Shown piece by piece: positions 48,128 to 56,575 of a stretch of 64,000 bases of DNA. Source of the stretch: an uncultured Gammaproteobacteria bacterium. GTDB taxonomy: Bacteria > Patescibacteriota > Patescibacteriia > VMEV01 > CAZAJQ01. Below the pieces are notes generated by a model, which had not been told where the DNA came from, ran no database searches, and was given only the letters and a program-made list of their open reading frames with translations. Both the position numbers and the translations under genes were made by a program. Position 1 is the stretch's first letter, and every line of letters starts with the position of its first letter. The stretch spans positions 9,716-73,715 of the forward strand of contig CAZAJQ010000006.1 in assembly GCA_964485795.1 (NCBI GenBank). The letters run 5' to 3'.

Positions 48128-48761
48128 ACATCATAAAACGTCTGACGATCACGGTGATAAAATAAAACGCGAGACAAGTACCGATGATATTCAAAAACAC
48201 CATCGTGGGGAGCACCAGATCTCTGCCATCATACACATACAGAAATACGCTGCCATACCCCAAAAACTTGATATAGCTGATCTCAGCTTGCGGCTTGATG
48301 ATCCAATCCGTTTTCCTTCCTTCTTGCTTGGCGATAATGGCTAGAACGTAGGTGATCGGAATGATGAAAAGATGATATGCGAACGGGAAATCCGGCTCAA
48401 ACAATGTATAGGCAGTGCCCAAAATAAGCGCGCCATACAGCACGTGATCGGCCAACATATCGAGGAACTTTCCGCGATCAGAAGATCTTTTCAAAAACCT
48501 CGAAAGGTCGCCGTCAAAAAGATCGGAAAGCAACCCGAGGATTACACAAAACATAGCGACTTTCGCAAGTCCCACGATCAGAAAATAGGCCATCGGCACG
48601 ATGACAATGATACGGAAAAACGTTACCATGTTATGAGTCAATCCGAGCCATGCAAGAAACGCGATCCATGGATAAAAAAGAATCTGACGATATCGACGTA
48701 TGTGCACGAGCCAAATATCCAGCGTTCGCTCATCTGCCGAAGGTCTCAAAATATGTTTCAT
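48108..48761 (-). CDS. CDP-alcohol phosphatidyltransferase family protein
   Basis: DLFDGDLSRFLKRSSDRGKFLDMLAD matches D-x2-DG-x2-AR-x8-G-x3-D-x3-D. The protein is polytopic. The true start may be the internal Met (NMVTFF). Confidence 0.75.
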   Translation of the reverse strand: MKHILRPSADERTLDIWLVHIRRYRQILFYPWIAFLAWLGLTHNMVTFFRIIVIVPMAYFLIVGLAKVAMFCVILGLLSDLFDGDLSRFLKRSSDRGKFLDMLADHVLYGALILGTAYTLFEPDFPFAYHLFIIPITYVLAIIAKQEGRKTDWIIKPQAEISYIKFLGYGSVFLYVYDGRDLVLPTMVFLNIIGTCLAFYFITVIVRRFMMYEKALY

Positions 48762-50843
48762 AGCATCAAATATTACGCCTATTATAGCATAATTTTTCTT
48801 TCCTTTGCCTTTCTTCTCTTGGCCAATACGAGAAACGAAAATCTATTTTTGGGAACCTTGCTGTTGGTCGCATTCCTGCTTTTCAACTCTTGGCAATGGG
48901 GACGGTATTTTTTTAACGTTTCCAGACGTGAAAATTTCATTTGGGGAGGTCTGTTTGTCACGGCTTTTTTAGCGATTGCTCAGAGCCCGCTGTATTATTT
49001 TTGGAAATTCGACATGAGGTTCGTCTTTGTCATACTCTTTGGCCTTTCCGCGGCAGCTGTTTTTTTTAATAAAAATAATACCATACTTCATGACCATCAA
49101 ACGCCGTTTCAAAAATTTTCATGCTTCCGATTTCAGCCCTATGCATTGATATTCTTTGTTTTTTTTCTCCTCCTGTGTCTCAATTTGTGGTTCGCAAAAA
49201 CCACCGAAAGTATCGCTTCACCGCTCTTGATCATATCTCCTTTCGCTTTTTTCACTTTTTTTATGGCGATTCTCGCCGCCGTCGTCCCCCTCGCAAAAAA
49301 AAAAGCCGATATTCTTCCGGTCATGGCCTTGACGTTTGTGACGCTTGGACTCGGAAATATTCTACTCCCTCTGGGCTATGGTTTTGATGGTTTTATTCAC
49401 CTCGCTTCCGAGCAACATATCTTTGAAAACGGTTTTATCGAACCTTTAACCCCCTATTACATCGGATATTACATGATCGTGGAAGCCTTTCACGGGATTT
49501 CAAAACTTCCGTTGTCATTTCTCAACGCTTGGATCGCTCTCCTCGTCGCAACGACACTGCCATTCATCGCATTTGCGACGATGCGACGACAGAAGGAGAT
49601 TTGCTTTCCCGCGTTCGCGAGCTTTGGACTTCTATTTTTTTTCAATTCCTCTTTCACCACTTCGACTCCATCAAGCCTTGCCCTCGCCTTTGCAACGGCG
49701 TTCATTCTTTTTGAAATCAACGAAAGGAAACGAATGCGCGAACGGATATTTTCTTTGATTCTCGGTCTTGCGATGATTTCCATTCATCCCCTTATCGGGA
49801 TCCCGATGCTCTTCTTCTGGTCTTTTCGCCATATTCCAAAGCTTCCGGATCGCTCTCCACTGCTCTCGTACTTTTTGAAATCGATCCTGTTCTCGGGAAT
49901 GACTCTTGCCATTCCCGTCATATTTTTTTTCCAAAATAAGCAATTTTCTTGGCCTGCGCTTCCTGAAATCGTCGAACTCTATCGTTCATTTTCCTTTCCT
50001 CGACTCTGGTATACCAATGACACGATCCTCAATATTTTGTATTTTTTCGGGCATTTGGTGCCGATGCTTACCGTTTTTGCCATCGTAATGGGTATTTCTC
50101 AAAAATTCTTACGGCGACGCGACGCGGATTTCCTTTGGGGCAGCGTCGCCGTTCATCTCGGAGCTTTCTTTACTTTGAGTGTGGACGGCAATGCCAACAT
50201 AATCGAAGCCGAACAATCGGATTTTGCGCAGCGACTGTTCTTGCTTTCCCTCCTGCTCTTGCTGCCGTTTTTTTTCATGGGATTTGACATCATCTTGCAA
50301 AAAACTCTTGCTCGCCGCTCTCTCCTGCGTCTCTGCACCGTTCTCGCGATTTCCATGCTTTTTTTTGCTAACGCGTATTTTCTCTACCCCCGCGACAATC
50401 GCTATGAAATCAGTCGTTTTCATTCGATTTCAGCTGCGGATTTCGAAGTAGCGGCGACCATCGAAACGATTCACCGATTTCCATCCTATATCGTGCTTGG
50501 CAACCAAACGTCCGCAAGCGCCGCTCTGCGGGAATATGGTTTCAAAAATCGTTTTTTGAAAGCGACCGACGGATCCGAAATCTATTTTTACCCCATTCCC
50601 ACCGGACAAAAACTCTATCAATGGTATCTTGCGATGGTTTACGATCGCCCGTCGTATGATACCGTCGAACAAGCGATGAAATACGCGCAAGTGCAAGAGG
50701 CGTACTTTATCATCCACGATTATTGGCACAATGCTCCGCAAATCATCGAAGAAGCCAAAGCAGAAGCTGCCGACTGGTATTCCACCTCGAACGGGAAAAT
50801 TCATATTTTCCGATATTTCCTTCGAAAGAATTCATCTCTTTAA
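48753..50843 (+). CDS. large polytopic membrane protein with a C-terminal soluble domain (possible second GT-C-like transferase or polymerase)
   Basis: About 695 aa from ATG 48753, with more than 14 hydrophobic helices. The track ORF starts at 48372, but that extension is antisense to the CDP-alcohol transferase gene and was trimmed. Confidence 0.55.
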   Translation: MFHSIKYYAYYSIIFLSFAFLLLANTRNENLFLGTLLLVAFLLFNSWQWGRYFFNVSRRENFIWGGLFVTAFLAIAQSPLYYFWKFDMRFVFVILFGLSAAAVFFNKNNTILHDHQTPFQKFSCFRFQPYALIFFVFFLLLCLNLWFAKTTESIASPLLIISPFAFFTFFMAILAAVVPLAKKKADILPVMALTFVTLGLGNILLPLGYGFDGFIHLASEQHIFENGFIEPLTPYYIGYYMIVEAFHGISKLPLSFLNAWIALLVATTLPFIAFATMRRQKEICFPAFASFGLLFFFNSSFTTSTPSSLALAFATAFILFEINERKRMRERIFSLILGLAMISIHPLIGIPMLFFWSFRHIPKLPDRSPLLSYFLKSILFSGMTLAIPVIFFFQNKQFSWPALPEIVELYRSFSFPRLWYTNDTILNILYFFGHLVPMLTVFAIVMGISQKFLRRRDADFLWGSVAVHLGAFFTLSVDGNANIIEAEQSDFAQRLFLLSLLLLLPFFFMGFDIILQKTLARRSLLRLCTVLAISMLFFANAYFLYPRDNRYEISRFHSISAADFEVAATIETIHRFPSYIVLGNQTSASAALREYGFKNRFLKATDGSEIYFYPIPTGQKLYQWYLAMVYDRPSYDTVEQAMKYAQVQEAYFIIHDYWHNAPQIIEEAKAEAADWYSTSNGKIHIFRYFLRKNSSL

Positions 50844-51061
50844 TACCATCAAGGCCAATTATTCCACCCGGTACCATCTAGAATGTGCATGCGAACAAAA
50901 AAAACGTATCATTCTTTTTTCCAGCTTCATGTACTGTCATGTTTTATTTGATATGATTCACCCATGAATATCATTCAATCATTACCAAATCGCGAAAATG
51001 ATGTCTTATGCCTATTTCGACGCCAAAGATGCATTTCTGATGCCATTGACGCAACCGTACT

Positions 51062-51910
51062 ATGTTCCAAAACGCCAATTTTTTCATCGCACTTGCCATT
51101 TTTTTTGGCACTGCGAGCAAACTTTTGCATAAAAAAGTGATGCGCGGCGCGGATACGTATGCATTCGCGCTCCTGACAAATGCCCTTTGCGCCGTGATAT
51201 TTTTTACGTTATCATATCCAACCATGTCTTTTCCTCGAGAGCCTGCGGCATGGGGTGTTTTACTTCTTGCAAGCGTACTGTGGACCACGATCTCCGTGAC
51301 GGTTCTGATTTCATACAAGAAAGCCGATGTCTCGATTCGAGATCCGCTGAGTCAGTCGAAGACGATCATCGCACTGATTTTGGGGCTGCTCATCTTGGGT
51401 GAAATCCCATCGATCATGAAAATCTTTGGAACAATACTGATTTTTCTCGGTATCACGTTGCTTGTATATCATCCGGAAAAAAGATTCGGTCATCTCACGG
51501 ATGCGGGAGTACGGTGGACATTCTTTACGGCGCTGCTGAGCGGGGTTGAGGCTATCGTTGATAAAGCCGCACTGACGTGGTTTCGTTTTGAAACGTATGC
51601 CTTCTTGGTATACGTTTTGCCAACCATCATTCTGTGCTTATTTCTCCGCGGTCGCACTCGGTCGGTGAGAAAATTCATAAAGGATTATTGGTTTTCCGGA
51701 ATCCTTGCCATCGTATTCTCATCCGCCGCGTATTATTTTACACTCAATGCATTTTCTCTCATCGAAGTTACCGTGGCATACCCGCTCTTGCAATTGACGA
51801 CTTTGCTGACGGTGCTTGGCGGAATTTTCATCTTGGGCGAGAGGCAACACATTCGTCAGAAGCTATTTGCAGCCATAATCATTATCATCGCATCGATGAT
51901 GGTGAAATGA
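51062..51910 (+). CDS. EamA/DMT-family transporter
   Basis: 282 aa with 10 TM helices in two five-helix halves, each resembling an EamA domain. Confidence 0.65.
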   Translation: MFQNANFFIALAIFFGTASKLLHKKVMRGADTYAFALLTNALCAVIFFTLSYPTMSFPREPAAWGVLLLASVLWTTISVTVLISYKKADVSIRDPLSQSKTIIALILGLLILGEIPSIMKIFGTILIFLGITLLVYHPEKRFGHLTDAGVRWTFFTALLSGVEAIVDKAALTWFRFETYAFLVYVLPTIILCLFLRGRTRSVRKFIKDYWFSGILAIVFSSAAYYFTLNAFSLIEVTVAYPLLQLTTLLTVLGGIFILGERQHIRQKLFAAIIIIIASMMVK

Positions 51911-51918
51911 CGTTTGTA

Positions 51919-53154
51919 TTACATATCTGCATCTTTCTTCGACAACGCTTTCAAAATCACATGAATATAGACGTCAGCATCCATCCCTTGAAATTTCGTT
52001 GCCTCACGCACCATCCGCTGATACTCGACCGCGTTCATGCGTAACGCTTCGTTAAAAACCGCATCAAACGACTTTTCGTCAGAAGGGTCAAACACAAACC
52101 CGTTCTTTCCATGTACGACGCGTTCTGCGCTTCCTCCCAGAGACACGGTGATGACCGGAGTGCCATTCAAAAGACTCAACGGAATCACACCCGGGTCATT
52201 TTCATAGCAACGTGATGGGAAGATGAGAAAATGCATGATCGAAAACATTTCGGACAATTCTTTTCCTTCTTTTGAGCCGTAATACAAAGCATTTCCCCTG
52301 TGCGCAATGACGTTTTTCAACTCTTTTTCGGCAGAACCATTCCCGACGATATGAAGCTCAAACAAATCCTGAGAAAACGATTCGAGCCGCCGCAAAAGCC
52401 AAAAAAGTCCCTTATGCCTTTCGATTTGCCCCACATACAGAAAATATTTCCTCTTGTATAATGATGAAACATCTGTTTTCAAAGCTATGAAATCTTTCTC
52501 GATCGGATTTGGCAGTAGCATTCTTTGCGATTTCTGAAAAAACCCGCGATTCTCATAAAAATCTTTCAAAAATCGAGATGGAAATATCGCGAAATCACAG
52601 GAAACGAACAAACGTCTGCAAAAGTTTTCATACATTCTCTGAAAAAAAGAACGATTCAAAAAACGTTTTTCTTCTCCGCATATCAAAACCCCGCTCGGAT
52701 AAACGTACTGAATATCATGCAAAATCTGTATCCAAAGAACTTCTTTGAAACGTTTCCGGTACTCTCGAATGGCGATGGGTATCAAATATCCCAAACCGCA
52801 AAGATTCTGCGTCATGATTAGCTGGGGTTTTTCTTTTATGCACAGCCAAAACAGATACAAAAACGTATGCATCTGAAACACATCGATGAATCTCCATAAC
52901 CATTTTCGAAAAAAACCGTATCGACCATGAAACCAATAGGAATGAAGATTCAAAGGAAAACACCGAATGATTTTCAATCCTTCCCAATATTGCGTTTCTC
53001 CTCCCGGTTGCGAAAATTTCAACCGAGGATTCATCGTAAGCACCGTCACTTCATGTCCCTGTTTTTTCAATGCCAAAGCAGTCGCTTTCGCGATTCGTTC
53101 GGCGCCTCCCCGTTCATAGGGATAAAAAAGATTTGAGACTATCAAAATTTTCAC
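51919..53154 (-). CDS. glycosyltransferase family 4 (GT-B)
   Basis: MKILIVSNLFYPYERGGAERIAKATALALKKQGHEV is the GT4 N-terminal domain. The C-terminal region carries the EX7E-like motif. Confidence 0.8.
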   Translation of the reverse strand: MKILIVSNLFYPYERGGAERIAKATALALKKQGHEVTVLTMNPRLKFSQPGGETQYWEGLKIIRCFPLNLHSYWFHGRYGFFRKWLWRFIDVFQMHTFLYLFWLCIKEKPQLIMTQNLCGLGYLIPIAIREYRKRFKEVLWIQILHDIQYVYPSGVLICGEEKRFLNRSFFQRMYENFCRRLFVSCDFAIFPSRFLKDFYENRGFFQKSQRMLLPNPIEKDFIALKTDVSSLYKRKYFLYVGQIERHKGLFWLLRRLESFSQDLFELHIVGNGSAEKELKNVIAHRGNALYYGSKEGKELSEMFSIMHFLIFPSRCYENDPGVIPLSLLNGTPVITVSLGGSAERVVHGKNGFVFDPSDEKSFDAVFNEALRMNAVEYQRMVREATKFQGMDADVYIHVILKALSKKDADM

Positions 53155-54248
53155 AGTTCAAAAAGATTTTTTTCCAGACGATCGATGATACGCGGCCAGC
53201 GGTAGTTCTCTTCGACGGCGGTGATTCCGCGTTTTGAATACTCGGACATGAGCGCGGATGACGATAGAACTTTGGTGATATTTTTCGCCAAATCCTGCGT
53301 GTCCCCACTTCTCGCCGTGCATCCGCCATTCTGCGCAATGACTGAAACCCCGGGCAGATCGCTAGCGATCACCGGTGTGCCGCATGCCATGGCTTCCAGA
53401 AGCACCAGACCAAACGCCTCTCCTTGCGTGGTGGACGGCAAGATAAAAAGATCCGCATGTTGATATTCAGATATCAACGCATGCTGACGCATGGTTCCCA
53501 GGAAAATGACATTTTTTTCCAATCGCTTCTGTCTCACCATGTTTTCATAATGGGGCCTCATGTCTCCATCTCCGCAAATACGGAGGGTCAGCTTCGGAAA
53601 CGAACGTACGAGAAATCCAACGGAACACAAAAGCACTTCCAATCCCTTGAACCGATGCGCACCATCCAGACCGGCTACAAAGAGCATCACGGGGTTATGT
53701 TTCACTCCTCGAACAAATGCGGGATCCGGAATGAAATCATCATTCACCCCAAAGGGAGATTCGCGGATTTTCTTGCGATTCAAAAAAACTTCTTTCCGAA
53801 ATAAACAATGTTCGCTGAAATCTTTCGTCGAAAAAAAAATCTTTTCCGACATCGAAAACAATGACGGTGTGACGAAAAAAAGCGGCGCGGATGCTATGTT
53901 TTGCGCGACGTTTTTTGCGATGAAATCCATGTGATAGTAGAGAAATAATTTTTTTTGAGGGAAAATTTTTCGGAGCAACCAAACAAATTCGGCGGCTCCG
54001 AAAAAAGGATAATGAAGCAAAATCCTGTCAAAACGCTGAAGCGAAAAAAAAATATCCGGCGCAAAAGTGGCATTTCCGCTCTGAAACCAGCCGATTTGTC
54101 TTGCATCAGCGGCCTTTCGCTTGTGACAAAACGTCGAGATGTGGTATCCCCTTGCTCTCAGGCGTGAAGAAAGCTCATGTGCAACAGTCCCCATGCCTCC
54201 GATATCCGGAGGATACGAGCATACCACTTGAGCGATTTGTCCTTTCAT
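53151..54248 (-). CDS. glycosyltransferase family 4 (GT-B)
   Basis: IAQVVCSYPPDIGGMGTVAHELSSRL, plus EAFGLVLLEAMACGTPVIASDLPG, which is the GT4 EX7E region. Confidence 0.85.
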   Translation of the reverse strand: MKGQIAQVVCSYPPDIGGMGTVAHELSSRLRARGYHISTFCHKRKAADARQIGWFQSGNATFAPDIFFSLQRFDRILLHYPFFGAAEFVWLLRKIFPQKKLFLYYHMDFIAKNVAQNIASAPLFFVTPSLFSMSEKIFFSTKDFSEHCLFRKEVFLNRKKIRESPFGVNDDFIPDPAFVRGVKHNPVMLFVAGLDGAHRFKGLEVLLCSVGFLVRSFPKLTLRICGDGDMRPHYENMVRQKRLEKNVIFLGTMRQHALISEYQHADLFILPSTTQGEAFGLVLLEAMACGTPVIASDLPGVSVIAQNGGCTARSGDTQDLAKNITKVLSSSALMSEYSKRGITAVEENYRWPRIIDRLEKNLFEL

Positions 54249-54622
54249 ACTTTTTTATCGATTTCTTGCTTCTCTCCATCGTTTTCTTGCGACCGCAGAA
54301 TAGCAAGCTCGCTGACCAAGCGAGACAATGATTGCTCAAGTCGAAACAATCGGATAAAAAGCTTAAACATCGTATAAAAAATCGAAAGTACGGCAATATA
54401 GAGGATAAGATCAACCCCGCGTCCGACTCCGACAAAGGCGGCAAAATACGAAGTGGTGTCCGGTATGACGATGGCCACGACCGAAAGGGCAAAAAAAAGA
54501 ATCGCGAATACATATTCACGACCGCTGATACGATTTTTTTTTCTCTGGGCATAAAGTTTCCCGAAGAAAAGAAAAACAAAAAAAAGCAAAAGCACTTGAA
54601 TGGGTCTCATATGTTGCGACAA
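54245..54622 (-). CDS. DUF2304-like small membrane protein (GT2-associated)
   Basis: 125 aa with 3-4 TM helices. Its start overlaps the stop of the DPM1-like GT2 gene by 4 nt, and its stop overlaps the downstream GT4. Confidence 0.45.
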   Translation of the reverse strand: MSQHMRPIQVLLLFFVFLFFGKLYAQRKKNRISGREYVFAILFFALSVVAIVIPDTTSYFAAFVGVGRGVDLILYIAVLSIFYTMFKLFIRLFRLEQSLSRLVSELAILRSQENDGEKQEIDKKV

Positions 54623-54683
54623 TGTTTTGCCGTGTTTTTAGAACGGCAGTTATGATGGTTTCGATGATCACGAATCGTTTTCT

Positions 54684-55361
54684 TCATGTGCGCCCTTTTG
54701 CGACTTTTGAAACCCAGAGGTCAAAAACGATACGAATCGCATGCCATGAACGTTGCCCTTTGCTCAATGAATAGGGCGTGTATTGGACTTTGACCGGCAC
54801 TTCTTTGTGACGCAAAGAGAATCTTGAAATGGCATGAAGGATTTCCGATCCATGCGCCATGCGATTTTGCGCAATTGCGATTTTTTGCGCGGCCTCTCGA
54901 TTCATCGCTCGAAAACCGTTTTGCGGATCGGTCAAGGAAAGATGGGAATAGTAATATGTAAAAATCCTGCCCGCCTGCAAAACCCATTTCCGCGAAACGG
55001 GAATGGCATTGTCGCTCAAAAAACGCGATCCCAGCGTAATATCCACCTCATCGATGCATACGGGATGCACCATTTCAGGAATATCTTTTCCGGACAATTG
55101 ACCGTCAGCGTCAAAATGCACGATGACGTCGGCTCCAGTCATGACGGCATATCTCGTGCCGGTTCGAAGCGCGGCTCCCTGTCCGACATTGCAAGCATGC
55201 GAAAGCAAGGTGACCGGAAAACTTTTCGCCACACAAGACGTCGCGTCCGTGGATCCATCGTCTACGACAATGATTTTTTTGCAATATCGCAAGACGTCGG
55301 ACAATACGGCCGAAAGCGTCGTCGCTTCATTGTACGCGGGAATAACAACCGAGATGTTCAT
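54684..55361 (-). CDS. GT2 polyprenol-phosphate sugar synthase (DPM1/GtrB-like)
   Basis: MNISVVIPAYNEATTLSAVL...KIIVVDDGSTDAT...DADGQLSGKDI are the classic Dpm1/GtrB motifs. Confidence 0.85.
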   Translation of the reverse strand: MNISVVIPAYNEATTLSAVLSDVLRYCKKIIVVDDGSTDATSCVAKSFPVTLLSHACNVGQGAALRTGTRYAVMTGADVIVHFDADGQLSGKDIPEMVHPVCIDEVDITLGSRFLSDNAIPVSRKWVLQAGRIFTYYYSHLSLTDPQNGFRAMNREAAQKIAIAQNRMAHGSEILHAISRFSLRHKEVPVKVQYTPYSLSKGQRSWHAIRIVFDLWVSKVAKGRT

Positions 55362-55557
55362 AGCATCGCTGGGTCATGGTTATGAAATGGAAAACCGATT
55401 GCATCGCTAAAATTCCTGCGCTTAAACACCCTTTCAACAAATAAAAAAATCCTTTTTCCCGCCACATTTCTGAATATCCTTCACGTTCGAAATCTTCATC
55501 AGGGTATCAAAAGAAACGTGTTTTGATAAGCGCGGAAAATCGGATTTTTGAAAAAAA

Positions 55558-56574
55558 TTATTTTTTTATCGAAAGCCTCACTTTCTCGGCCTGCGCATAG
55601 GCAATGGTTCGTTTCAAACCTTCTTCCAGCGTGACCACCGGAAGCCACCCCATCTCGTCTTTTGCGCGCGTTATGTCCGGCAAACCCGACGGTTCATAGA
55701 ACTTTACGGGATTTTCAAAACGTATCGATGATTTTGACTTCGTCAAGTCGATGATCAGCTTTGCGATGTCAACCATCGGTATATCCACATCACTGCCGAT
55801 ATTCACCGGTCCCGTTTCGGTATCCATATCCATAAGTCGAATGCACGCTTCAATGCAATCCGAAACATAACAAAACGAACTCGCATACGATTCATCGCCA
55901 AAAATCCTCAAATCGCCGCCGTCCAAAGCGTTCACGATGAAATCCGGAATCACCCGGCCGTCGGAAAGCTTCATGCGCGGACCATAGGCTCGAAAAATAC
56001 GGGCGATTTTCACTCTCAGACCTTTGGCTTCATGATACGTATGGATGATGGATTCGGCGTTTTTCTTGCCGAGATCGTAGCATGCTCGCGCATGAAAAGG
56101 ATCCAAGGCGCTTATCTCGCTTTCTCGAAAGTACGGATTGTCGGCTCTTCTCGTTCCATACACCACCGAGCTTGAAGCGTGAAAAAATTTCGCATCGTAA
56201 CGCAGGGCAATATCGAGCATATTGAGCACCCCCACGGAATTGGTTTTGGCGGTTTCGAGTCTGACTTTGTCAAAATCCTTGGGTGAAGTGGGACAGGCGA
56301 AATGATAGATTTCCTGAATCCCCTGAAATTTGACCCTGAAACGCTCCAATTCGGAAATTTTTTCGATTTCCAGCGGAGTATTGATATCCGCTTTCAAAAA
56401 AATGAAATCCGGATTTTTCAGAAGATGCTCGATATTGGCCACATTGCCGGAAATGAAATTGTCCACGCAAATCACGCGACCTTTGAGTAAAAGCGCGTCG
56501 CAGAGATGCGATCCCAAAAAACCGGCTCCTCCGGTGACGATGATGTTTTTTTTGTCAAAAATGACCTCCGCCAT
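55558..56574 (-). CDS. UDP-glucuronate decarboxylase (UDP-xylose synthase) / SDR epimerase-dehydratase
   Basis: NIIVTGGAGFLGSHLCDALL...YHFACPTSP...YxxxK region, in the UXS-like arrangement. Confidence 0.8.
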   Translation of the reverse strand: MAEVIFDKKNIIVTGGAGFLGSHLCDALLLKGRVICVDNFISGNVANIEHLLKNPDFIFLKADINTPLEIEKISELERFRVKFQGIQEIYHFACPTSPKDFDKVRLETAKTNSVGVLNMLDIALRYDAKFFHASSSVVYGTRRADNPYFRESEISALDPFHARACYDLGKKNAESIIHTYHEAKGLRVKIARIFRAYGPRMKLSDGRVIPDFIVNALDGGDLRIFGDESYASSFCYVSDCIEACIRLMDMDTETGPVNIGSDVDIPMVDIAKLIIDLTKSKSSIRFENPVKFYEPSGLPDITRAKDEMGWLPVVTLEEGLKRTIAYAQAEKVRLSIKK

Positions 56575-56575
56575 A

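Noticed and set aside
48372-48752. N-terminal 127 codons of the 823-aa plus-strand ORF in the track
   Set aside because: This part is antisense to the CDP-alcohol phosphatidyltransferase gene and hydrophilic with unusual composition. The membrane protein most plausibly starts at ATG 48753.
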